Positions 53,795-63,261 of a stretch of 64,000 nucleotides of DNA are shown here, in pieces. The DNA is taken from contig JAYTNJ010000086.1 of the NCBI GenBank assembly GCA_043748345.1, positions 7,259 to 71,258 of the forward strand, given 5' to 3'. Position 1 is the first letter of the stretch. Each line of letters opens with the position of its first letter. The position numbers and the translations under genes are program-made. Source of the DNA: Saprospiraceae bacterium (GTDB taxonomy: Bacteria > Bacteroidota > Bacteroidia > Chitinophagales > Saprospiraceae). The notes beneath the pieces are model-generated. The model ran no database searches, was not told the origin of the DNA, and was given only the letters and a program-made list of their open reading frames with translations.

Positions 53795-55693
53795 ATGAGT
53801 GACGAAATAAAACATGAGTGTGGTCTGGCTTTAATCAGACTTTTAAAACCCCTGGAATATTACCATAAAAAATACGGAACTGCTCTTTACGGGTTGAACA
53901 AAATGAATATTTTGCTTCAAAAACAACGTAATCGCGGACAGGACGGTGCTGGCCTGGTAACCATAAAGCTTGACTCAATGCCTGGTACAAGATATATTAG
54001 CAGACGAAGGAGTAACAGCCCCCAATACCTAAAGGACCTATTTGAAGGAGTGTTTTCTCATTTTGCTGACATTACTACCGACCAACTTAATGATCCGGTC
54101 TGGCTAAAAGCTAATAAGCCTTACACGGGGGAGCTGTTACTGGGTCATCTGAGGTACGGCACACATGGAGCAAACACAATCGAAACCGTTCATCCTTTTC
54201 TGCGGCAAAATAATTGGATTACCCGAAATCTTGTTCTCGCCGGCAACTTTAATCTTACTAATGTTGACGAGCTATTTGCAGAATTACTTTCTTTCGGTCA
54301 ATATCCAAAAGAAAAATCAGATACTGTAACTGTCCTGGAAAAAATAGGGCACTTTCTTGATGATGAAGTCCAAAGGCTTTTTAACTGGTTTAAACCCGAA
54401 GGATACAGCAACCAACAGATCAATGGTTTGATAGCCGACCATTTGGACGTCCAACGACTTTTGCAAAGGGCAAGCAGAAAATTTGATGGTGGGTATGTAA
54501 TGGCAGGGTTGATCGGTCACGGTGATGCTTTTGTATTGAGAGATCCTGCTGGAATAAGGCCGGCTTTTTATTATTACGACGATGAAATAGTAGTAGTAGC
54601 TTCAGAAAGGCCAGCGATTCAAACAAGTTTGAATATCCGCTTTTTTCAGGTCAAAGAACTCAAACCAGGTCATGCACTGATTATCAAAAAGAACGGGGTT
54701 ATTTCAGAAGAATGTTGTAAGGATCCAGTCGCTCCCAGCCCATGTAGTTTTGAAAGAATTTATTTTAGCCGTGGCACAGATAGGGATATTTACCTGGAAC
54801 GTAAAAAACTCGGGGAACTTCTAGCCGATAAGATCCTTAAAGCAATAAATTATGACATTGAAAATACCATATTTTCATTCATACCCAATACTGCTGAAGT
54901 AGCTTATTTAGGTATGATAAAAGGGTTGGAGCAAAAGCTTAATGAAATAAAATCAAAGCAAATAAATGACCATATAACTGCCGGCACTCTTACTGATGAA
55001 GTCCTATCAAAAATTTTGAGTCAAACCATAAGATCAGAAAAACTTGCCGTAAAAGACGAAAAGTTGCGAACATTTATAGCAGATGATATATCGAGAGGGG
55101 AGATGATGGCCCATGTCTATGATGTCACATACGGTATAGTACAAAATGAGATTGACACAATAGTATTAATAGATGATTCCATAGTAAGAGGCACTACACT
55201 CAAAGATTCGATAGTTTATATTCTTTCCACCCTTAAACCTAAAAAAATAATCATTGTCTCATCAGCTCCACAAATAAGATATCCCGATTGTTACGGAATT
55301 GATATGAGTAAAATGAAAGAATTTGTGGCATTCAGAGCCCTTGTAGAATTACTGAATCAGGAAAAAAAGAGCCATCTGATGAAGGAAGTGTATGATAGGT
55401 GTCAGAACCAGGAGAATATACCTATCGAAGAAGTTACTAATCAGGTAAAATATTTGTATGACCTATTTACAGAAGAACAAATATCTTCAAAAATATCAGA
55501 ACTTGTCACTCCTGAAAATATAAAACCAGATGTTCAGGTTATTTATCAAAGTATAGAAGACCTTCATAAAGCTTGCCCAAATAATAAAGGGGATTGGTAT
55601 TTTTCAGGAAACTACCCAACTCCAGGTGGAATACGTGTTGTGAATCGTGCCTTTATGAACTATATGAATAATAGTGACGAGAGAGCATACTAA
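53795..55693 (+). CDS. purF: Amidophosphoribosyltransferase (long Bacteroidota-type PurF)
   Basis: Short propeptide then catalytic Cys (MSDEIKHECGL). Ntn glutamine amidotransferase class II motifs (RGQDGAG, LGHLRYGT.G). PRTase motif (VLIDDSIVRGTT). Confidence 0.88.
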   Translation: MSDEIKHECGLALIRLLKPLEYYHKKYGTALYGLNKMNILLQKQRNRGQDGAGLVTIKLDSMPGTRYISRRRSNSPQYLKDLFEGVFSHFADITTDQLNDPVWLKANKPYTGELLLGHLRYGTHGANTIETVHPFLRQNNWITRNLVLAGNFNLTNVDELFAELLSFGQYPKEKSDTVTVLEKIGHFLDDEVQRLFNWFKPEGYSNQQINGLIADHLDVQRLLQRASRKFDGGYVMAGLIGHGDAFVLRDPAGIRPAFYYYDDEIVVVASERPAIQTSLNIRFFQVKELKPGHALIIKKNGVISEECCKDPVAPSPCSFERIYFSRGTDRDIYLERKKLGELLADKILKAINYDIENTIFSFIPNTAEVAYLGMIKGLEQKLNEIKSKQINDHITAGTLTDEVLSKILSQTIRSEKLAVKDEKLRTFIADDISRGEMMAHVYDVTYGIVQNEIDTIVLIDDSIVRGTTLKDSIVYILSTLKPKKIIIVSSAPQIRYPDCYGIDMSKMKEFVAFRALVELLNQEKKSHLMKEVYDRCQNQENIPIEEVTNQVKYLYDLFTEEQISSKISELVTPENIKPDVQVIYQSIEDLHKACPNNKGDWYFSGNYPTPGGIRVVNRAFMNYMNNSDERAY

Positions 55694-55784
55694 TACATTA
55701 TTTGCTAAATAACAGCCATCTTTTTTATTGTAGTAGAAGGTTTCAAGAATTTACTAATGACAAAATTAAGATAATATTCGGTCG

Positions 55785-56279
55785 CTATTTTTCAGTTCCG
55801 ATTAATGATCTGCTGAAAATCGGAAAAGCCGCACTTCCATAATGAGAAAATTTCGAAGTGTGTTTTAAAGGAGATTGGTATGACTTGGCAAATGAAGAAA
55901 GCATGGATTTGACAAGCTCGTAGTTAATATTCTTTGAATTGGGCTTGGGATAAAAAACAATGTAATCTATTGTGCCATCCTTACCCCAGAAAACATTTAA
56001 CCAAACTTTTATACCTTTAAGATCAAGGTTGGACTTAGTCGAAAAATCCTCAATTTCCTTGAGAAGTATTGTCCAGGTATCAAAAGCTTTCTCCATATTA
56101 TTTTCACAAACTGTAAAGAGTAAAACGTTGTAATTCCGAACCAGTTTTTCATATTCCGTTTCATCTTCACCTATGTAAAATACTTTTGGGTTTACTTCAG
56201 CTTTATTGATGATCTGTTGAGAACAAACAGATAAAATACATACAGTAAGACAAATAATTATTAGGGAGAAACGCTTCAT
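55785..56279 (-). CDS. Secreted hypothetical protein
   Basis: 164-aa ORF with a signal peptide. No recognised motif. Confidence 0.55.
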   Translation of the reverse strand: MKRFSLIIICLTVCILSVCSQQIINKAEVNPKVFYIGEDETEYEKLVRNYNVLLFTVCENNMEKAFDTWTILLKEIEDFSTKSNLDLKGIKVWLNVFWGKDGTIDYIVFYPKPNSKNINYELVKSMLSSFAKSYQSPLKHTSKFSHYGSAAFPIFSRSLIGTEK

Positions 56280-56455
56280 TTATATTGCCAAAATATTTTA
56301 ACAAAACGAAGATAATCCATTTTTAATAAAGAAAAGGATTTTTTTAGTTTTTACCAAAGTATTCTGATTACCATTTAAATAAAATAAAACTCTTTATGAA
56401 GAATGAGAGTTAAATTTCACCAATGGAGCGCATGCAATTCTTTGTACTTATCCGG

Positions 56456-57010
56456 CTATTTTTCAGATTGTTTATCTTTATTTTCTCCATTGATACTATC
56501 CATAGCTTCTACTGTTTTATCCCAAAATCCCTTAAATAAAGGTTTTAGAGAAGTGTATATCGCTTTGCCTTTATCGGGTAATGGTTCCAGTAAAGGATAA
56601 GTGATCGAAGCAGCTTTTGTTTCAGGATTGAATACTTTCAAACTATTTACCAGCCATAAGGCAAGACTGAGCAGGTAAGCAAAAAATAAAGCCTGAAGTG
56701 CTCCACCCGCTATCTTATTAATAAAATTTATATTTACGGCTTCGAGCATATCTTCGAGTTTTTTCCCTAAAAATCTGATCAAAGCCATCACGCCGATAAA
56801 AGTAATGACCACTCCAAGAATAAAAGTAATGGCAGGACTGGTCTTTATAATCTCCTGAAGTAAACCTATCATGACCGGAGAAAGCTTTAATGCAGCTAAT
56901 ATTCCAATTACAAGAGATAAGCTATCAAAAACAGTCTTGATCAGTCCACGTGTATATCCTAAATAAAAACCCAGAGCTATAACTATTGCGACAAAAAGAT
57001 CAATGATCAT
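56456..57010 (-). CDS. cvpA: CvpA family membrane protein
   Basis: MIIDLFVAIVIALGFYLGYTRGLIK N-terminus and a four-TM layout typical of colicin V production protein family members. Confidence 0.75.
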   Translation of the reverse strand: MIIDLFVAIVIALGFYLGYTRGLIKTVFDSLSLVIGILAALKLSPVMIGLLQEIIKTSPAITFILGVVITFIGVMALIRFLGKKLEDMLEAVNINFINKIAGGALQALFFAYLLSLALWLVNSLKVFNPETKAASITYPLLEPLPDKGKAIYTSLKPLFKGFWDKTVEAMDSINGENKDKQSEK

Positions 57011-57075
57011 AAACAATTATATTTAATAAATTATTAAGCCAAAAAAGCGTTTTTAAGAAAATGAGAACACTTTTC

Positions 57076-57381
57076 TTACCTTCCGAAAACCCTTTGCCAC
57101 TCAAGAACACCACCTAACAAATTTCTCACATTAGTAAAACCAAGCTGAGACATAGTAATTTTGGCAGAACCGCTTCTTGCGCCTGACCGGCAATGAAGTA
57201 TGATCTCACTTTCTTTATGCGCCATCAAATCCGGAATAGCAGCAGGTAGATTTCCCAGTGGTATCAAAGTTGCCCCAAGATTAAATTCTTCATATTCGTA
57301 AGGCTCTCTTACATCAATAAAAATAAAATCAGCAACAGCATCCATTTTTTGCTTTAATTCTTCTACAGTAATATCATTCAT
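57076..57381 (-). CDS. Rhodanese-like domain protein
   Basis: Active-site loop HCRSGARS. ~100 aa single rhodanese domain. ATG 57381 (MNDITVEEL) preferred. Confidence 0.85.
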   Translation of the reverse strand: MNDITVEELKQKMDAVADFIFIDVREPYEYEEFNLGATLIPLGNLPAAIPDLMAHKESEIILHCRSGARSGSAKITMSQLGFTNVRNLLGGVLEWQRVFGR

Positions 57382-57403
57382 ACATCTATAAGTTTCAATT
57401 GGT

Positions 57404-58234
57404 TTAATTGCAATCAATAGGCTTAAAAGCACTTACAGTAACAATAATTTTTTCGCCCATTTTTATATTACTTATACCATCATAAGGAGGAGATTGTGAG
57501 ATTACATATAAGATAGCATCAGGTTCCGCAGAACTTTTCCTGATAATATCTCCTATCTCCAGTTTACTACTCTGAAGAAGAAATTTGGCCTCTTCTACAT
57601 CAAGGCATCGCAGATCAGGAATAACTACATCGCCTCCATCTTTTCTGGAAAGTATGCATTCAAGTTTACCGCCTTTTGATATTTCTACTTCATCTCTTCT
57701 CACATCTCTCGAAATAATTAACTCATTATTGTACCATACTTCGAGGATATGATTGGGCTCTCCCGGATCGTACGCATAATCTTTTATAACACAATCAATA
57801 TCTCTATAATTCAATTCAGTCTTTTTCTGATCAAAAGCATTTCCATACATTGTCGGCAGATCCACCACTTTTATAGTTTCGATAACGAATTTTGTAACCG
57901 TCACGTACACTTTTCTCCCTTGTTTGACATAAGACAGTGGTTTAGGATTCTGATCAGTGATTACACCCCCTTGTTTACCTACAATGAAGATGGAATCAGC
58001 CACAATAATTTCAAAATCGCCGGATTCTGCTTTGGATTGTGCTTCCTCTGTATTCATTCCAATAAACTTAGGTAATTGCAATTTTTGACCATGATTAGTG
58101 TAAAACCTGAGGCACAATTGCGTAAACAATAAAATCAAAATAAAAACTACAGCTATTAGTAAAACCTGCTTCAAAAACTCCCTGCTTTTAAGATAGTCGA
58201 CCAGTCTGCCGGGCTTGTTTGTGTTATTGCTCAT
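57404..58234 (-). CDS. PASTA domain-containing membrane-anchored protein (no kinase or transpeptidase domain)
   Basis: N-terminal TM anchor, then three PASTA-like repeats (LPKFIGMNTEEAQ...G.KVYVTV, VDLPTMYG..., IPDLRCLDVEEAK...GEKIIVTV). Confidence 0.75.
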   Translation of the reverse strand: MSNNTNKPGRLVDYLKSREFLKQVLLIAVVFILILLFTQLCLRFYTNHGQKLQLPKFIGMNTEEAQSKAESGDFEIIVADSIFIVGKQGGVITDQNPKPLSYVKQGRKVYVTVTKFVIETIKVVDLPTMYGNAFDQKKTELNYRDIDCVIKDYAYDPGEPNHILEVWYNNELIISRDVRRDEVEISKGGKLECILSRKDGGDVVIPDLRCLDVEEAKFLLQSSKLEIGDIIRKSSAEPDAILYVISQSPPYDGISNIKMGEKIIVTVSAFKPIDCN

Positions 58235-58274
58235 TTTTAATAAAAAAAGACAGAAATTTGCCTCTAATATTGTG

Positions 58275-58282
58275 CAAAGATA
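58275..58282 (-). promoter_or_regulatory. Candidate -7 box (reverse complement TAtcTTTG)
   Basis: caaagata on the plus strand, 41 nt upstream of start 58234. Confidence 0.35.
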
Positions 58283-58376
58283 AATTAATAATTGAAAATC
58301 TTAAATTCAAATGTTTAGATGAGAGAATTGAATGTTCCAGAATCAAGGACTTAGAGAAATTGCTACTCAAACAACA

Positions 58377-61300
58377 TTAAAATTTGATCACCTTTTTACT
58401 TGCTATCCTTATTCCGTCAGTCAATCTAATAAAATAAATACCAGCCGGAATACTTTCTAACGATATCCTTGTACTTTCAGTATTTACTTTACCTGATAGA
58501 ATAACCTTTCCGGATAAGTCATTCAATTCATAACTATGTAAGGAAGAAGCCTTTCCTAAGGTTAATATATTGATTTCTCCGTTGGTTGGATTAGGAGAAA
58601 TGAACACATCTTCGCCCACATCAGCATCTGATGTAGCATTTAAAATACTCTTAGTTCTTGATATCTCAAACTTTGAAATCGAAACCCATCCCCCTTGTCC
58701 ATCAGTCACTGTAAAAGTAAAAAAATCTAAACCTTCAGTGTCAGAAATATCATCAAAAAGGAGTTTGGATGCATTTATTTCTGCTTGAGAAAACTTTGCA
58801 CCTACTTCCACCTGTATCCCATTAATATACAATTTTCCTTGTGTCGGAGTGGATACCAATGTAAATATCAATTCATCAGCAGCATTATTGTTATCACTGG
58901 CTAACAGAAGTAAATTACTGATTACACTTTTATTGCCAGGATGAATTTTGAGCCCTTCATTTTTTACTATAAATGGACTTGATATAGAAATATTGGAACA
59001 TAATTCCAGATTAAACTCTTGTAGCCTTCCTCCTTCACCTGATTGTTTATCGTCAATCCTGAGCCTCCAGCTTCCTTTTATAGATTCATTGTGAAGCCCT
59101 GCCAGGGGAATATCGGGTCTATATATAAGCCCGGTATTTATAGGACATTGAAAAAAAGTCTCAGCCTGATCATCCAATCCCAAATTTAAATTTTTTTGAG
59201 TCCCGCATTTTCTACTCCACAGATTAATACTTTTCCCTGATGGTGCCAGAAGATATGCTTCAAGGTCTACCAGTCTGTTATGCTCTGCTCTAATGAGTTT
59301 TATATTAATATCACTGGCTATTCCATCATCTCCTACCAGAACGGGTATCTCAACTGACGGAGCTCCCGATGATGAAATGTTAATAGTTTGTGCACCTGAA
59401 TTATAGATTTTACATGAAAGTGCTTCTGTCATAAAAGCCTGAGTATCTGTCCATGGGCCCGGACCACAGCCATTTTTTGCCCTGACCCTCCAATAATGTA
59501 TAGTAGATTTATTCAGAATAGCACCTGACGTTGTGATCAAACCTGTCTGAGATTTACTGAAAATAGTATTGGAAGCAGTAAAATCAGGTCCTGTGGCAAC
59601 CTGAATTTCGTAAGAATAGGCATCTGTTTTTTTACCCCAGCTGAATTCAGGCAGAGCTGCGACACCAGAAGTCCCATTTACAGGAGTAAAAGTTGCAATG
59701 CCAGCCAAATCATTTGCTAAAATATTAATTTGTAAAACTCTCTCCAAAGTGTCCAACCCGCTTGCAAATGCCCGAATAACTATTTGTCCGTTAAAGTTAC
59801 CTTTTATATTTGTTGTATTAATGTTTAAGGCATTAGGGCTTCCTGCCTTCACAACATTTGAACCAAATACTGCCGTTACCCCTTCTGGTAGCGTTGAAGC
59901 TACTTCAAAAGAAATATTACCATCAAATCCGACCAAACCAAGCGTCGTAAAATTAACTATACCAACATTGGGCTGACAGATGTTGATTTCATTTTGAGCC
60001 GTCTCAAAATAAATTCCTGCTTTAGTAGGTTGTTCAATTTTTGATGGCAATATGGATGATGTAAGAAAAATATTATCTGCAGCTTTTATGACAATTCGAA
60101 AAAAATTTGAAATTTTGTTAGGAATTATTACATTATGGCTTCCGTCATTGGGCACATTCAAAGCGAGGGGAACTAGATTTGGATCACCTGTCTTCAATAT
60201 TCCATTGAATGACCCGTAGATGTTTACGGACTTACAATTAACAGGCGCTCGATCTGTATTTGCAACATCCCACGTAACAGTTGCTACCTGACCCACTTTA
60301 AATCTGGCATCAATTTCAGGAAAAGTAATCTTGAAAGGCCCAGCCAAGTCAGCAGAATTTATAGAGTAGTCTTCCCATGAGACACCACCACCTGCAATAT
60401 TATTGTCCCTTACAGTAATTCTGAAGGAAAGTTTTCTGCCTGTATTGGGGAGTACTTCTGTTTTGTCTGTAAAATTGCCTGAAGCAATATTGGATGCTCT
60501 AGGAAAAAAACGTACATCACCAGTGGATGAAGGCCTGAATGATCGGAAAAGTGGAGCCGTGGCAGAAGCAGTTCCAAGTGATGCAATCTCTCCAGTATCG
60601 TATTGCTCCCAACAGTAAGACAAAACATCTCCATCTTCGTCGGTTGCTTTTGCAGCTAGCTCAAATGGTGTAAGCACTGGAATAAAATGGCTTTTCACTG
60701 GCTTGGTGATCACTGGAAAGTGATTTCCTGTTAGTATTTTCTGAGCACAGGCATATGCGTTTCCTGAACTCAATGTTTTAGCATACATCTGATCCAATGA
60801 CCCTACATGGAAATAGTCATCATTATCACTTGCAACGTTATCAGTGCCACATAAACCTGCATAAGACATAATTGTGGAACCACTACCCGGTTCAAAAGCT
60901 GTATTTGGTGCTCTCTGATCTGCAGAAGATGTACAAACATTCCAGGAATGAGAAGCATTAAGTTGGTGACCCACTTCATGGGCTAATATCCTGGTAACCA
61001 AAACCGATAATGATTCACTTCCCTGACAAGTCACACCATTTCCTTTAACTGATTGACATAAAGAACCGAAACTTGCAACTCCGCCAATATTATCAGTACA
61101 TGCAATTGTCAATACATGACCGATATCATAAGATGTTGATGAAATAATGGAATTCAGTTTGCTAGTATTTACCTGCAATAATTTTCGACCTTCCGTAGGG
61201 GTGTCATAAGGATCGGTAGCTCCGTTCAGAAATATCAGTTTATCATTATCATTTATCAAGACGAATCTTACCGCCATTTCTTTTTCATAGATAAGATTCA

Positions 61301-62012
61301 TTCTATTGACCAAAGCAACCATATCTGCCAGGCAAGCAGCAACAGTACCTCTTCTGGCCCCCCACTCCCCAGTACATGCAATGGCTAACCTGTACACTCT
61401 TAGCTCAACTTCCGGTGCATTTCTTTGACCCGGTCTGAAATAAGTTTTTTCAGTCCTATAGGTCTCGTTTACTCCACAAAAACCCACATTATGTTCGTTT
61501 GAATCTTTGTAGTCTTTAGTATTGTAGACAATATATTCTGAAGTATTTTCAGATGAATACGGATCAATATATTTTTCTCCATCCGGAGTGTGTATGGCAG
61601 CGTGAAATCCTCGCTGGGAGACTGAAAACCTGATTTGTTTTAATTTATTGCTTGCTGAAAACCCTTTGTAGGATTTTATATCGGGATATCTTGCTGCCAG
61701 TTCGCTTTCCATGATAGGAGATTCATTTATTACAAATGATTCAAGGCTTCCATCTGGCATCGGTATGTCGATAGAAAAGTTTTTAGTGGCGCTCCTGGAA
61801 CCGCTAAATTCAATTGGAGCATTTTTAAGATAAGATTTTAAACCAGCCATATCCAAGCTGAAAGTTTCATATTTTTCAGGAATGATTTCTCTACTGGTAT
61901 TTGATCTTAATCCAAATCCAGATTCTTCTGTCTTTTTCCAAAAGGCTTGGGATTGTCCGCTTTGTGGGACAATTAAAATAAAAATTATTGGCAAAAGCAA
62001 AAATCTGATCAT
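58377..62012 (-). CDS. Large secreted zinc metalloprotease (reprolysin/M12B-like) with proprotein-convertase P-domain and T9SS C-terminal domain
   Basis: HEVGHQLNASHSW zincin motif. P-domain-like segment (..DLEAYLLAPSGKSINLW...GSWRLRIDDKQSGEGGRLQEFNLELC). C-terminal ISPNPTNGEINI...GIYFIRL...KKVIKF (T9SS CTD). Confidence 0.85.
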   Translation of the reverse strand: MIRFLLLPIIFILIVPQSGQSQAFWKKTEESGFGLRSNTSREIIPEKYETFSLDMAGLKSYLKNAPIEFSGSRSATKNFSIDIPMPDGSLESFVINESPIMESELAARYPDIKSYKGFSASNKLKQIRFSVSQRGFHAAIHTPDGEKYIDPYSSENTSEYIVYNTKDYKDSNEHNVGFCGVNETYRTEKTYFRPGQRNAPEVELRVYRLAIACTGEWGARRGTVAACLADMVALVNRMNLIYEKEMAVRFVLINDNDKLIFLNGATDPYDTPTEGRKLLQVNTSKLNSIISSTSYDIGHVLTIACTDNIGGVASFGSLCQSVKGNGVTCQGSESLSVLVTRILAHEVGHQLNASHSWNVCTSSADQRAPNTAFEPGSGSTIMSYAGLCGTDNVASDNDDYFHVGSLDQMYAKTLSSGNAYACAQKILTGNHFPVITKPVKSHFIPVLTPFELAAKATDEDGDVLSYCWEQYDTGEIASLGTASATAPLFRSFRPSSTGDVRFFPRASNIASGNFTDKTEVLPNTGRKLSFRITVRDNNIAGGGVSWEDYSINSADLAGPFKITFPEIDARFKVGQVATVTWDVANTDRAPVNCKSVNIYGSFNGILKTGDPNLVPLALNVPNDGSHNVIIPNKISNFFRIVIKAADNIFLTSSILPSKIEQPTKAGIYFETAQNEINICQPNVGIVNFTTLGLVGFDGNISFEVASTLPEGVTAVFGSNVVKAGSPNALNINTTNIKGNFNGQIVIRAFASGLDTLERVLQINILANDLAGIATFTPVNGTSGVAALPEFSWGKKTDAYSYEIQVATGPDFTASNTIFSKSQTGLITTSGAILNKSTIHYWRVRAKNGCGPGPWTDTQAFMTEALSCKIYNSGAQTINISSSGAPSVEIPVLVGDDGIASDINIKLIRAEHNRLVDLEAYLLAPSGKSINLWSRKCGTQKNLNLGLDDQAETFFQCPINTGLIYRPDIPLAGLHNESIKGSWRLRIDDKQSGEGGRLQEFNLELCSNISISSPFIVKNEGLKIHPGNKSVISNLLLLASDNNNAADELIFTLVSTPTQGKLYINGIQVEVGAKFSQAEINASKLLFDDISDTEGLDFFTFTVTDGQGGWVSISKFEISRTKSILNATSDADVGEDVFISPNPTNGEINILTLGKASSLHSYELNDLSGKVILSGKVNTESTRISLESIPAGIYFIRLTDGIRIASKKVIKF

Positions 62013-62137
62013 AAACACTTTAGTGAATCCTTTATTAAATAATATTGAATGATTGGAATGAGTTCCATATTAGAATAATTTGAGAATAAAATAGAAGATA
62101 AACGTATGAAAATTTGATTTTGTTCATTGTCAACTAT

Positions 62138-62581
62138 TCAATACATGCCCATTTCTCTGTAATATATAAGATGCCAACCCGATGATAACCTGCCGAAGCG
62201 CCGCTCCATCGTAAATTTACCTGAAACATCCCCTATTCTTTCGATGATAAGTCCATTGATATCTAAAAATTCACGAGAAAAAGTGCCATCAACATCATCA
62301 TATTCTTTTTGAAGAATCCACCCGTCTGTATTCCATCTGAAATCATCATCGTCCCTGTACAAACTGTCAACCGGTGCTTTTTTCCCTTCAAGCGGGAAAA
62401 CTATATGCTCCATCTGATATACACTATCCTTGCTGAATCGATCGTAAAATATTAAAAACTCTTCCGTATTATAAGCAGGGTTATCGGCTTTTGTACTTGC
62501 TTTTTTATTTTTACAGGAAAAAAAAACTAAAATTCCTATAAATAATATTGAAAATATAAATATCCTATTTTTCAGTGGCAT
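62138..62581 (-). CDS. Small lipoprotein, function unknown
   Basis: Lipobox VFFSCKN. 147 aa. Overlaps the upstream PPTase gene by 17 nt. Confidence 0.6.
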   Translation of the reverse strand: MPLKNRIFIFSILFIGILVFFSCKNKKASTKADNPAYNTEEFLIFYDRFSKDSVYQMEHIVFPLEGKKAPVDSLYRDDDDFRWNTDGWILQKEYDDVDGTFSREFLDINGLIIERIGDVSGKFTMERRFGRLSSGWHLIYYREMGMY

Positions 62582-63200
62582 ACACCAATATCATTTGATC
62601 AATTTGTTTACAAAAAAGCTTATATTTTGTTTTAAAAGAGCCTTTGATTATTTCGCCATTAAAATAAAATCCATCATGAAAATAATAAAAATCATGAATC
62701 ACTAATTGGTTCTTAAAGTCGAGCTCTTTTGTGCCATAACACTTATACATTGCTTCCTTTGCTCCCCATATGACGTGATAATAGTGAAGTTTATTGTTTT
62801 CAGGAATGAAAGTCATTTCCCTATCGCTTATGTAGCGCGGGCCAATAGTAAGAATTTTTGGCACCATAACCTGAAGATCTATCCCACACACTTTACGACT
62901 TACAATCACAGCTGTAAAATCAAAGGTATGACTTATGGAAATAAAATCCTGTGATCCATCAATGTAAGGCTTGCCAAAAGTGTCTTTAAGGCATGCGCCA
63001 CTTAATCGATGGTCTGTTACTTGGTCTAACAGATATCTGGAACACAACCATTCAGACTTTTTTCGTGCTTTAAGTGCTGCAACTTCTTGCTGCTCCAGAT
63101 TATACAATTTCAGATTATTCAGAAAAAAATCATCGCTCTCCACATTTTGCCAGACTCCATATCGCACATCATTATCGGTAATAATTTGGACTTCAGGCAT
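62565..63200 (-). CDS. 4'-phosphopantetheinyl transferase (Sfp-type)
   Basis: GKPY....FISISHT and W.AKEAMYK motifs of the PPTase superfamily. Confidence 0.75.
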   Translation of the reverse strand: MPEVQIITDNDVRYGVWQNVESDDFFLNNLKLYNLEQQEVAALKARKKSEWLCSRYLLDQVTDHRLSGACLKDTFGKPYIDGSQDFISISHTFDFTAVIVSRKVCGIDLQVMVPKILTIGPRYISDREMTFIPENNKLHYYHVIWGAKEAMYKCYGTKELDFKNQLVIHDFYYFHDGFYFNGEIIKGSFKTKYKLFCKQIDQMILVYATEK

Positions 63201-63261
63201 TTTTCTATTTAAACTTAAGGAATATAATATGTGTTAATTCTAGCGTAAATCTAATACTCCT

